Source: an uncultured bacterium
Lineage (GTDB): Bacteria > Actinomycetota > Acidimicrobiia > Spongiisociales > UBA5794
Assembly: GCA_963801165.1 (NCBI GenBank)
Contig: CAWDDT010000005.1
Location: 288,001-352,000 of the forward strand
Length of the DNA stretch: 64,000 nt
Direction: 5' to 3'
The position numbers and the translations under genes are program-made. Positions 20,301 to 25,972 of the stretch are shown here, in pieces. Positions within the stretch are counted from its first letter, which is position 1; every line of letters begins with the position of its first letter. The notes under the pieces are model-generated. The model searched no databases and had not been told where the DNA came from. It worked only from the letters and a program-made list of their open reading frames with translations.

Positions 20301-22583
20301 CGTGGTGGTCCCGGTACCCTCGATGAACAGGGTGGCCTGGTGGAAAATGCCGATGGTGAAGAAGGGGTTGGTGTCACAGACGTTGAGGGTCCAGGTCCCG
20401 GCTCCCGGCTGCCCGGCGAGCGACTCGAGTGCGGCAACGCCGACCGACCGCTCATAATCGGCAGGCGAGACGCTGTCCGCGCTGTTGTCGTCGAGTGGCC
20501 CTGTGGAATCCCCGTCGAAGAGCACGTCGTAGTTGTCGTCCCGGTCACCCGAGTTGCCCGAAGCCAGCACGACCTCGGTCCCGGCAGGCGAGGTCAGCGT
20601 CGCCCGGAGCTGGCCGCGGTCCGCATGGCTTGCGGTGAAGCCGAGATTGACATCCGAGATATCGGTCGCATCAGGTATGGAAAAGGTCACCCGGGTGGGC
20701 GCGCTGCAGTTCTGCGAGATGGTCAGATCCTGATCGACCAGCTGGCTCCACGACCCGGCCGTCGTGCCAACCGTCCATCCCGACACGAGCGTGGACTCGT
20801 CGACGTAGCTAGTCGCGGAAGGAAGCGGGTCGACTACAGAGATGTCGTCAATCGGGAACACGCCCGTGTTGTCCACGGTGACGGTGTAGGTGATGAGCTG
20901 GCCGGCGACTACAGGCCCGGTTGCGTCGGACGTCTTGGTGACCGTCACTTCCGGTTGGGCGACGGTGACGATCTCAGTCGCCGTGTCTGTGACCGTGGCA
21001 CCCGATGGCGCGGTACCGACGACAAATGCCGTGTTGGTGATGTGGCCGTTCTGCTCGTCTCCTGCGGTCACCGTGTAAGTGGCGGTGCACGTGAGGGTGT
21101 CGCCCGAGCTCAGCCCGGCGGGCATCGGCTCCGAACACGACAGGCTGCTCATACCGGGGAGCGGGTCAGTGATGGTGACGCCGGTGAGAGCGACGTTGCC
21201 GGTGTTGGTGGCGGCGAATTGGTATGTCAGGGTGTCACCGGTGGTCACCGTGGAAGAACCGTCCTCGTCGGCGTTGCCGATCAACGTCTTGCTGAGGTCG
21301 ATGTCGGCGAGCTCGGGCGGCACGCAGAACGAACCCGAGAGGTCGTAGAAGTTGATACCCGTGGAGTGACCCGTGTACGTCATCTGCCCCGTCGCCTGGT
21401 TCACCTGGTACAGGGCACCCGTGACAGTGGTTCCCCAGGTGTTGCCGTCGAGATCCGTTCCGAGCTGGACGTAATTTGGCGAGTTCTCGGTTGCGATATA
21501 CGTGAACACACCACTGTTGATGTTGTAGCTCCACCAATAGCCGGTGACCGCAGCGCTGTATCCGTCAACCACTGACCCGAACATGACAGGCTCCCCGTTG
21601 ACGGTGAGCACGGTGAGGTCGCCATAGTCGGGTCGCATGTCCCGGCCGAAAGCGGCTTCGAGGCCGTCCTCGGGTTGGTTGGGCGCCAACTGCTCCAGCG
21701 TGCCGGCCATGACCGCGGTTCCGTTGGTGGGATCGATGGCGATCCGGTAGATGCCGTTGGCGTCGCCGCCTATCTCGGTGGAGAAGTAGTAGTAGCCACC
21801 GTGATAGGTGGCCCCGGCAGACTCGAGGGTGCCGTTGATCTGGCCGGTGAGGTCGGCGAGTACACCTTCGGTGTCGTCGATGGGGTTCCACCAGTAGACA
21901 ACCGATCCGGATCCCCAGTAGACGAGACCGAGGTCGCTGTTGGATGCCAGGGCGTTCCGGTTCCCCGTGTTGAAGCTGGTCTGGAACTCGGCGGTGGCGA
22001 CACCGGTCCGGGTGTTGACGGAGTAGATGGTGTCGCCCGAGATGCCGATGATGTCGTTGGTGTCGCAGACGGCGGGAGGAACGGTGACGATGTTGACGGC
22101 GGCGCTGGCGCTGTTGTTGCCCGAATTGGGATCCGGCTGGTTGGAGGCGCTGATCCTTGCGGTGTTGGTTACGAAGGCGACGCTCGCCGCCTCGGCGGTG
22201 AGGTTCAGAGTATGGGTGGAACCGTTCGGCATGGACCCGACCGACCAGATGCCGGTAGCGCTGTCGTACGAACCCGTGGTCGCCGACGCAGACATGAAGG
22301 TGAACTCGGAAGGAAGAACGTCGCTCACGACGACGCCGGTTGTGTCACCGGGACCCGCGTTCGTAACAGTGACGGTGAACTCCACGGCGGTGCCGAGGAG
22401 GGCGGACCCGCTGTTGGCGACCTTGGTTATGGCGAGATCGGTAGCCCCGGGAGCAGCCGCGGCGGGCACCGCCCCGACCACCAATGACGTGATAGAAATG
22501 ACAAAAGCGGCAACTGCCGCCGCGCCCTTCTTGACACGAATCCCGAAGCGGGCATCACCGCTCGGGCTTGGGGAAGTACTCAT
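5400..22583 (-). CDS. Giant sortase-anchored repetitive surface protein / adhesin (DUF11/DUF7507-like Ig repeats, P-domain, SdrD-B-like, cadherin/Ig-like, LPXTG)
   Basis: Uninterrupted 5727-aa ORF. Signal peptide ends in VPAAA. Contains TITVTNTGDVDL repeats and IGDFVWNDLNGDG SdrD-B motifs. C-terminus is LPFTG + TM helix + RKRR. Confidence 0.93.
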   Translation of the reverse strand: MSTSPSPSGDARFGIRVKKGAAAVAAFVISITSLVVGAVPAAAAPGATDLAITKVANSGSALLGTAVEFTVTVTNAGPGDTTGVVVSDVLPSEFTFMSASATTGSYDSATGIWSVGSMPNGSTHTLNLTAEAASVAFVTNTARISASNQPDPNSGNNSASAAVNIVTVPPAVCDTNDIIGISGDTIYSVNTRTGVATAEFQTSFNTGNRNALASNSDLGLVYWGSGSVVYWWNPIDDTEGVLADLTGQINGTLESAGATYHGGYYYFSTEIGGDANGIYRIAIDPTNGTAVMAGTLEQLAPNQPEDGLEAAFGRDMRPDYGDLTVLTVNGEPVMFGSVVDGYSAAVTGYWWSYNINSGVFTYIATENSPNYVQLGTDLDGNTWGTTVTGALYQVNQATGQMTYTGHSTGINFYDLSGSFCVPPELADIDLSKTLIGNADEDGSSTVTTGDTLTYQFAATNTGNVALTGVTITDPLPGMSSLSCSEPMPAGLSSGDTLTCTATYTVTAGDEQNGHITNTAFVVGTAPSGATVTDTATEIVTVAQPEVTVTKTSDATGPVVAGQLITYTVTVDNTGVFPIDDISVVDPLPSATSYVDESTLVSGWTVGTTAGSWSQLVDQDLTISQNCSAPTRVTFSIPDATDISDVNLGFTASHADRGQLRATLTSPAGTEVVLASGNSGDRDDNYDVLFDGDSTGPLDDNSADSVSPADYERSVGVAALESLAGQPGAGTWTLNVCDTNPFFTIGIFHQATLFIEGTGTTTSPLVEDNIPGGAESDLVNGVPPVLVDAADGFDLPVGESMTITYQVKVDDTFDGSVTDILNEATVFSDTLPATTGYVTDPIDFQPELQVVKDGPAGPVAVGETVTYTYTVTHTAASDGSPVDVVISDDVVDLSGATLSGDTDGDGLLDGSETWVYTIDYTVPLDTADPLVNVATVTGTDGNGDPITDATGSHSVDVDFRPALTVTKVGGPAPAGVGDTVTYTYTVAHALTSDMSPVAGVTVVDSRGLTLSGPTGDTNGDGLLDSDETWIYTATETVTAATPDPLTNDVTVDGTDSDGDPIPQATDTETVDVDWAPLLQVDKTGPATATIGETVTYTFAVSHAPGSDGSPVSVGAVSDDVAGGATYVSGDDGDGLLEAAETWVYQAGYTVAGTDADPLVNTVTVTGTDLDGDSVPAATDTHSTDIDHLPVLVINKTGPVSALVGDTVTYGFTVSHDSTSDGSPVANVTVTDDVAGAASYVSGDDGDGLLETGETWVFTADYTIQATDPDPLVNTATVTGDDTDGDPTSDTDTHSTDVIQRASIGDFVWNDLNGDGTPDPGEPGLDGVTVNLLDGTGAVVATTVTTGGGAYSFTYLPPGDYTVDVNEATLPFSNPVLTTGNEPYAVTLGEGEDNTDADFGYYQPVTVGDLVWDDLNGDGIQDTGEPGIVGATVNVYDAGDPATPVATDTTAGNGLWSVTLAPGNYVAEFVLPGAYEFSPADVGSDATDSDADPATGQTAPITVISGDADTTIDAGAYVPVTIGDFVWNDLDGDGVQDPGEPGISGVIVAVFDGVGTAIGSAVTAADGSYSIVVPPGAYDAVVDTASLPAGYVPTTPTTVATSPLQSGDTFATADFGAILPTYPISGTVWNDENADTVIDAVEPPLAGITVELRDDTGTVVATATTPVDGSYNFPPVPNGDYTVAVDETTVPAGMSSTTGNNPQAITVADAAVADVDFGYAYPGMVTIAKGPANQQVVGGGTAAFTITVTNQGPQDLTGVVVTDPGAPGCDNTIGALAAGASTTYTCTLVGVTADFTNTATVTADDEVGNTVTDSDSADVDVIGPAITIAKTPDNQMVLAGGDATFTITVTNSGDVALTDVSVTDALVPDCDATFAALAVGAVQTYTCSVAGVTTDFTNTATVAGDDPLGNPVSDSDTADVDAINPGLDIQKTPDTQTVVAGDDATFTITVTNTGDVPLTDVTISDVLAPDCGATFATLAAGATETYTCTVVGVTADFTNTAAVTGDDPLANPVADSDTADVDVINPAIAISKTPDTQQTLAGDTVTFDITVTNTGDVDLTDVAVTDAVAPGCDATIGSLASGASTSYSCTMTAGVDDFANTAAVTGDDPLANPVTDSDTADVDVINPAITISKTPDTQQALPGGTLTFGITVTNTGDVDLSNVAVTDLMSPTCNASLATLAAGASTTYNCSTDAGALDFTNIASVSGNDPLGNRVSDSDVADVDVINPAIDIQKTPDTQQAHAGDTVTFDITVTNTGDVDLTDVAVTDAVAPDCDATVGALDAGASSSYSCIMTAGAVDFTNNVTVTGDDPLGNPVTDSDTADVDVINPAIDIQKTPDVQQALVGDTVTFDVTVTNTGDVDLADVAVTDAVAPDCDAAIGTLAAGASTSYSCTVIAGADDFTNTATVTGDDPLGSPVTDSDTADVDVINPAIDIQKTPDVQQAHDGDTVTFDITVTNTGDVDLTNVTVSDAVAPDCDATIGSLAAGGSSSYSCIMTAGADDFTNNVTVTGDDPLGSPVTDSDTAVVDVINPGITIDKTPDLQTILAGDTATFTITVTNTGDVDLTDVTVTDALAPDCDAAFATLAVGAAEAYGCTVAGVIADFTNTADVTGDDPLGSPVTDGDTADVDVIGPAITIQKTPDLQQVVAGGDATFTITVTNTGDVDLTDVTVTDALAPDCDATFATLAVGAIETYGCTVAGVTADFTNTADVTGDDPLGNAVTDTDTADVDVINPAITVAKTPDTQQAHDGDTVTFDITVTNTGDVNLTDVAVTDVLAPDCDATFVTLVVGAGATYSCTMTAGASDFTNTAVVTGDDPLGNPVTDSDTADVDIINPAIAIQKTPGTQQALSGDTVTFDITVTNTGDVDLTDVTVADVVAPDCDTTVGALAAGASTTYSCTMTAGSTDFTNTASVTGDDPLGNPVTDSDSAGVDVINPAITVVKTPNLQQALAGATVPFDITVTNAGDVDLDGVAVTDAVAPNCDATIGPLAAGASTTYSCTMTAGAVDFTNTAVVTGDDPLGNPVSDTDTADVDIINPAIDIQKAPDTQQALAGDTVTFDITVANTGDVDLTDVAVTDVLAPDCDANVGSLAAGSSTSYSCTMTAGSTDFTNTASVAGDDPLGNAVTDSDTADVDVIGPAITIDKTPDLQTILGGDDATFTITVANTGDVPLDNVTVTDALAPDCDATIGTLGAGVSTDYSCTLAGVTADFTNTASVTGDDPLGNPVADSDTAAVDVIGPAITIDKTPDLQTVAAGGTVTFDITVTNTGDVSLSNVAVTDALASGCDTTIGTLAAGASTTYSCTMTAGTNDFTNTATVTADDPLGNPVTDSDIADVTVVNPAITIDKTPDSQQIVAGETATFDITVTNTGDVDITDVTVSDPLAPNCNGSFASLATGASETYSCTMTTGGTDFTNTATVTGNDPLANPVTDSDTAAVDVIDPGIDIQKTPDLQQAVAGSTVTFDITVTNNGDVDLANVAVSDALASDCDNVIGALAAGASTSYSCTMTAGSDDFTNTALVTGDDPLGAPVNDGDTADVDVVSPTIDIAKNPPSQTILGGTTATFGITVTNIGDVSLDNVVVTDAQAPNCDATYPSLAAGESVTYSCTLDNVTADLTNVAVVVAEHPATPTPVTDSDVADVEVIAPEISITKTPVTQTVLTGSDVTFTIAVTNSGDAQLSNVVVTDVLAPACDATFAALPIGATETYDCTVPAVTADFTNVADVTADDPSGGSVTDSDSAAVDVIDPAITVAKTPDTQTVLAGDDATFTITVTNTGDVDLTDVAVTDAQAPGCDGTIGNLAAGETASYGCTVVGVTTGFTNVADVTATDPLGNPVGDSDDAVVIVSAPAIEIVKTADTPVIVIGVDATFTITVTNVGTDPLTDVSVTDALAPGCDAAIGDLASGEATTYSCTMPALTADVTNTASVVGTHPLGGTVTDEDTADVNVIAPAITLTKTADNTPVLAGQNATFTITVTNSGDVDLTGVQVTDPAAPDCDATIGDFAVGANTSYTCTVPAVTADFTNTASVVGDDSLGNTVSDSDDAAVDVVNPAITIDKTPDSQFVTSGSDATFTITVTNTGDVDLTDVAVTDALVPACDATVGDLAAGASTSYSCVATGVGADFTNTASVVGTHPAGGTVTDEDTADVVVINPAISLAKDPALQQLLAGEDASFTITVSNTGDSPLTDVTISDPRAPGCDAVIPNLGIGASQTVNCTVADVTADFTNTASVVATHPAGGTVTASDSADVVVLVPQIDIQKTPDTQLAAPGSDVTFTITVTNAGVVPLIDVAVTDALAPACDTTIAALAVGESTSYDCTVNVVTDDFTNVAAVTATDTVGNPATDSDSADVDVVNPAVSIAKTPDLQSVGLNGTPTFTIGVTNTGDIDLSNVVVTDALAPACDATFASLAVGATETYACDGTATAADFTNTASVTADSAVGPVSDSDTADVTVLLPGIDIQKTPDTQLVGPGGTATFTITVTNAGATPLNNITVSDPLAPACDATIAALAIGESTSYDCDVTGVAADFTNTASVTADDPLGNPVADSDTADVDFVDPAITVSKTPNLQTLLAGEDASFTVTVTNTGDTDLTNIVVSDPLAPGCDATFASLTIGAGETVTCTVTGVPASFTNVATATADTPIGTQVSDSDDAAVEIVTPGVEIQKTPDTQQIHSGEDVTFTITVTNTGDQELVDLTVTDALTPACDNTIAALAVGESTSYDCTAAGVIADFTNIASVAGSDVLGNPVSDSDDAAVDVIAPGLAIEKTPGNQAIVVNGTATFTITVSNTGDVDLTGVTVSDPLAPDCDTTVGDLAVGATTTVTCSLAGVTADFTNTATATGTDPIGATVTGSDTADVTVVVPGIEIQKTPDLQQARTGDTVDFTITVTNTGGVALSNVTVTDATAPACDNVVGDLAVSDTTSYTCSMTAGAADFTNTADVTGDDPIGNPVTDSDSAYVDVIAPAISIQKSPDGQTVVAGDAATFTIEVANTGDVDLTGVTVTDALVPACDGTIGDLAAGASTSYTCTVSDVTAGFTNTADVSGTDPIGLEVTDSDTADVTVLVPGIDIQKTPDIQTVVEGDDATFTIIVTNTGQTDLTKVAVTDPLVPACDNAIGDLPVGSPPVSYTCVVTATDDFTNTATVTATDPLGNALSDEDNADVVALARGNLSGTIAHDVAGDGVIDPSDIGLDGIPMAATWAGLDGVFGTADDEVLNTTTDGNGNYGFDLVPPGLYEITVDTGALPAGVDFPTVDPDGTLDSATTLTLPPGSTGDTIDFAYTATGSIGDQVFLDLDGNGVQDPGEPGIGGVDVTVTWFGPDGVIGGGDDLVFTTTTTSDGRYEVDGLPAGDFSVVIGNVPAGLTGATSQMVTLVAAEARDDADFPLAGSGSIGDQVFEDVDRNGVFGAGEPGVAGVTVNVTWAGGDGVIGTADDIVFTTVTDPDGRYLVDGLPAGGYRVEMDDATIPADLGTAPPVTLTLGAGETDLDVDFPLVGNRPPVAVDDSAVTDQDTPVVISVLSNDSDPDGHAFAVDSTTPPLNGTVVVNPDGTITYTPNSGFVGTDTFTYTICEVGGPVGGVPATGLCDTATVTVTVNKVNQPPGPEASFQSVVVGDPLSPIPVSDPDGGPVTVTYVSGELPPGITLNPDGTFSGVTEEIGTYQIVVQVCDDDVPQICILHTHTIAVTPVTLPGPEDPPGGDEPPPDTLPFTGGNFGDLFIAALMMLSAGAGMVLYSRKRREM
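7115..17420 (-). repeat. 34 tandem ~303-bp (101-aa) Ig-like repeats, each with two Cys
   Basis: Counted 34 K(T/x)P-x-x-Q-type repeat starts. Spacing of 303 bp read directly (e.g. 15281 vs 15584). Boundaries approximate. Confidence 0.9.
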
Positions 22584-22621
22584 TTTGGGTTCCAGCTTCT
22601 CGTCATCCTTGACCCGCCTCG

Positions 22622-22636
22622 GTTCCGGCCTCGACA
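22622..22636 (-). repeat. 15-bp inverted partner of 5351-5365
   Basis: + strand GTTCCGGCCTCGACA is the exact reverse complement of TGTCGAGGCCGGAAC at 5351-5365. Confidence 0.9.
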
Positions 22637-22648
22637 GATCCGAGCCTC

Positions 22649-22699
22649 GTATCGGCCCGCACTGTTCATGTATTTCGGCTAAATGTGAAGTAACTGGAG
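22649..22699 (-). promoter_or_regulatory. Candidate tandem sigma-28 (FliA/WhiG)-like promoters
   Basis: Minus strand CTCC-N16-GCCGAAAT and overlapping GAAA-N16-GCCGATAC upstream of the giant gene. Confidence 0.35.
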
Positions 22700-22853
22700 A
22701 CGGTTTTTTGTCGGTGCATGGTTAACTAGTCACCAGCCTTTCCCGGGTCGAATCGACACCTACCAGATCCTAGGACCCTCAACCTCGGCTTCATGGTTTA
22801 GACAGTGGGCAACCCCATCGGATAGCGTGAGATCAAGCAGCCTGGAGAGTGCA

Positions 22854-23756
22854 ATGACGACCGACTGGAAGTTCAACGGGACATGGCCCTATCAGCCGAG
22901 GTGGTTCAACGGTGACGGGGGCCGCATGCATTACGTCGACGAGGGGCCTGCGGACGGCAAACCCGTCGTGATGTTGCACGGCAACCCAACGTGGAGCTAT
23001 CTCTACCGAAACTTCATCGGCCCGGTCACGGCGGCCGGCTACCGGGCGATCGCTGTGGACCATCTCGGTTTTGGCCGTTCGGACAAACCGGATCAGCCGG
23101 AGCTGTACACCATCCGCCGTCACGCCGAGCGTCTCGATGCGCTCCTGGAGTCACTCGACCTCAGCGATGCAACTGTCGTCTGCCAGGACTGGGGCGGACC
23201 GATCGGTCTCTACTGGGCGACGAGGCACCCGGAGCGGGTCCGGTCGCTGTTCATCCTCAACACGTTCGCTCATCGGCCCCCCGGCCCGGTCAGGCTGCCG
23301 CTGCCGCTGCGTCTCATGCGGATGCGGGGAGTGGGCGAGATCATCGTCAAGGGTCTCAACGGCTTTGTCCGGGGAGCGGTGTTTCGCGCCGGTGTAGTCC
23401 ACCGCGACCGGTTCACTCCTGACATGAAGCGGGCGTACCTCTCCCCCCACCCGACCTGGTCCAGCCGCACCCCCGTCCTGGTGTTCCCCAGGGAGATTCC
23501 CGACGGGCCCCGGGGCGACGTGGCCGATCTGAACGCCGACATCGAGCAGGGTCTGGAGAGTCACTTCCGGGACAAGCCGGTCAAGATCATGTGGGCGATG
23601 AAAGACATCGCCTTCACCCCCGCCATGGTCGATCAGCTGTGGCTGCGCACCTTCCCGGACGCCGAGGTCATCCGTCTCAACGACGCCGGCCACTATCTCC
23701 AGGAGGACGCCTACGAGTTGATCGTTCCCGAGCTGGTCGAGTTCCTGAGCCGCTGA
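22854..23756 (+). CDS. Alpha/beta hydrolase, haloalkane dehalogenase-like
   Basis: HYVDEG, HGNPTWS, nucleophile QDWGG and GHYLQED. GGAG SD before ATG at 22854. Confidence 0.88.
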   Translation: MTTDWKFNGTWPYQPRWFNGDGGRMHYVDEGPADGKPVVMLHGNPTWSYLYRNFIGPVTAAGYRAIAVDHLGFGRSDKPDQPELYTIRRHAERLDALLESLDLSDATVVCQDWGGPIGLYWATRHPERVRSLFILNTFAHRPPGPVRLPLPLRLMRMRGVGEIIVKGLNGFVRGAVFRAGVVHRDRFTPDMKRAYLSPHPTWSSRTPVLVFPREIPDGPRGDVADLNADIEQGLESHFRDKPVKIMWAMKDIAFTPAMVDQLWLRTFPDAEVIRLNDAGHYLQEDAYELIVPELVEFLSR

Positions 23757-23845
23757 AGGTGTCTGGCCGCAATTGCGCCACCCGAGAAACCTGCACTTGC
23801 TGACTGCACTAATGTGGCGCTCTCGCTACCTCTGAGGGGACGAAG

Positions 23846-25768
23846 ATGCGAATAGCGCGCCTGGCAATCGCTCAGATACTGGTGATCGGGATTCTCGTTG
23901 GATCTGCACCAGCCGCGTCTGCAGGAATTGCAGCTGATGTGACCTGGACAATGGTTGATCTACACGCTGAGCAGGTCCTCTATGACCAGAGCAGCGGCAC
24001 CGTCGTCGCTGCCGTGCGTCCGAGCGATCCCGACCACGCAAACGAAGTACTCGCTTTCGACCCCGTGACGCTGAGTGTGCTGTGGTCCGTTCCCTTTCCC
24101 TCCCAGCCGGACTTGATCGCCATCTCGGATGATGGATCGAGCGTCTACGTCGGACTCGGCGATAGCAATAGCATCGCCCGGATCGGGACGGCATCGCATT
24201 CGGTTGTGGACACCATTCAGTTACCCGACGATCCACGCTGGGGTCCGGTCGAGGCCGAAGACATCGCGGTGGCCCCCGGGAACCCAGATCTGATCGCCGT
24301 CGCATTGGAGCGAGGGGGTATCACCAGCGCGGGCATCACAGTTTTCGATGATGGCGTCGCCCTACCCGATGTCGCGCACGCGTCTCCGTACCCAGACTCA
24401 ATTGCCTTTGGTGCGAACGCCGGAGTCCTATATGGGCTCAATACCAAAACATCGGGATTCGACTTCGTCCGAATGACAGTCTCTTCGAGCGGCGTGACCG
24501 TGGATGACTTCACACGCTCATTCGTGATTGGCTCCCACAACTCGATGGTTTACGCCGACGGAAGGCTCTACTTCGAGAACGCTTGGGTCGCGGATCCGTC
24601 AATCCCGGAGCTAGTGGACCGGTACACGACCGAGGAAACGGTCAACGTGTTGGTGCCGGTCCCATCCCTCGATCTGGCAATGGGGATATCGAGCACCACG
24701 GTCCCAACCATCGACACTCTCACGCTGTTCGACCTGGACGGGTTCAATGTCGTCGATGAGCTCAACTTCACCCACGGACAGGTCTACGGCGTGCACAACG
24801 CCACGACTATCGAAGGCCACGGCATCGTCGCCGCATATTCCGAGAAGGTTCTAATCGCTGGCTTCTTTCCCGGGGGCGACATCACGGGTCGAGTCACGGA
24901 CGCCTCCTCGGACGAACCGATCTCTGAGGTCTGCGTCTATGCGACCGATGACGAGACTTACATCGTGAGCCAGACCGAGACGCTCGACGACGGCAGCTAC
25001 AGCATGCGCGTTCCCCCCGGCACCTGGCGAATTGCGTTCGGCGATTGCCACTACGCCGACTACTTCTGGGAATGGCACAACAACCAGGTCTTCTACAACT
25101 TCGCCAAGGCGACACCGGTCACCGTGAACGACGGTGACACCGTGACGGTTAACGGCGCGCTCGAAAGAACATACACCGACTCGCTCGACAGCGTCTTCCG
25201 GGAGCAGATCTGGTGGATGCATGACACCGGCATCACTTCGGGCTGTGCACCCGAGGCATACTGCCCGGACGGGACCGTGACCCGGGGTCAGATGGCGGCG
25301 TTCCTGGTCCGTGCCCTCGGGCTGACCGCAACCTCCAGCATCGACTTCACCGACGACGACGGCAACATCTTCGAGCAGAACATCAACAAGCTCGCCACCG
25401 CAGACATCACCAAAGGCTGCAACCCACCAACCAACGACAAGTTCTGCCCCAACGACCCTGTCACCCGCGGACAGATGGCAGCGTTTCTGGTCCGGGCGCT
25501 CGGCTTGACCGCAACATCCGATGTCGACTTCGTCGACGACAACGGCAGCGTGTTCGAGGAGAACATCAACAAGCTCGCCACCGCCGGCATCACCAAAGGG
25601 TGCAACCCACCGACCAACGACAAGTTCTGCCCCAACGACCCTGTCACCCGCGGGCAAATGGCGGCGTTCCTATTCCGGGCGCTCGAGAGCGACTTTGCGC
25701 TATCGGCACCCGGCCGTTCGCTACGGGTCGAGGTACCGGCACCCGATCTGGATGCCCCCCTGCGCTGA
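23846..25768 (+). CDS. Secreted protein: beta-propeller-like N-terminus, carboxypeptidase-regulatory-like domain, three SLH-like domains
   Basis: Signal peptide ending in ASA. GDITGRVTDA..PISEVCV motif. Three GC....(F/Y)CP...VTRGQMAAFL repeats. Confidence 0.85.
   Translation: MRIARLAIAQILVIGILVGSAPAASAGIAADVTWTMVDLHAEQVLYDQSSGTVVAAVRPSDPDHANEVLAFDPVTLSVLWSVPFPSQPDLIAISDDGSSVYVGLGDSNSIARIGTASHSVVDTIQLPDDPRWGPVEAEDIAVAPGNPDLIAVALERGGITSAGITVFDDGVALPDVAHASPYPDSIAFGANAGVLYGLNTKTSGFDFVRMTVSSSGVTVDDFTRSFVIGSHNSMVYADGRLYFENAWVADPSIPELVDRYTTEETVNVLVPVPSLDLAMGISSTTVPTIDTLTLFDLDGFNVVDELNFTHGQVYGVHNATTIEGHGIVAAYSEKVLIAGFFPGGDITGRVTDASSDEPISEVCVYATDDETYIVSQTETLDDGSYSMRVPPGTWRIAFGDCHYADYFWEWHNNQVFYNFAKATPVTVNDGDTVTVNGALERTYTDSLDSVFREQIWWMHDTGITSGCAPEAYCPDGTVTRGQMAAFLVRALGLTATSSIDFTDDDGNIFEQNINKLATADITKGCNPPTNDKFCPNDPVTRGQMAAFLVRALGLTATSDVDFVDDNGSVFEENINKLATAGITKGCNPPTNDKFCPNDPVTRGQMAAFLFRALESDFALSAPGRSLRVEVPAPDLDAPLR
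25172..25690 (+). repeat. SLH-like repeats, 183-bp period
   Basis: VTRGQMAAFL codons start at 25277, 25460 and 25643. Confidence 0.85.
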
Positions 25769-25850
25769 CAGACCGAGGGTTCTCCACGACCCGCACTTCA
25801 TCTCCCGGACGACGCCGTCCAGACACCGGTGGGGTGGTATCTTCGCGTTG

Positions 25851-25916
25851 ATGAAGTCCGTGCAGTCGTTCGCCTGTTGCTGTTCGAATGGCTCACGCGT
25901 GGGCGAAATCTGCTAG
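25851..25916 (+). CDS. Leaderless poly-Cys leader peptide MKSVQSFACCCSNGSRVGEIC
   Basis: TGG-TATCTT extended -10 at 25835-25843, 7 nt before the ATG. Three consecutive Cys codons plus a terminal Cys. Lies directly upstream of cysK. Confidence 0.8.
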   Translation: MKSVQSFACCCSNGSRVGEIC

Positions 25917-25944
25917 CCACAAAACCCACAACGATTACGCAACC

Positions 25945-25972
25945 GGCCCGCACCAGCGGGCCATTTTCATTT
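25945..25972 (+). terminator. Attenuator terminator upstream of cysK
   Basis: GGCCCGC-ACCA-GCGGGCC followed by ATTTTCATTT. Confidence 0.75.

Noticed and set aside
22854-23756. OleB / olefin biosynthesis cluster
   Set aside because: No oleA, oleC or oleD neighbours. Only a generic haloalkane-dehalogenase-like call is supportable.
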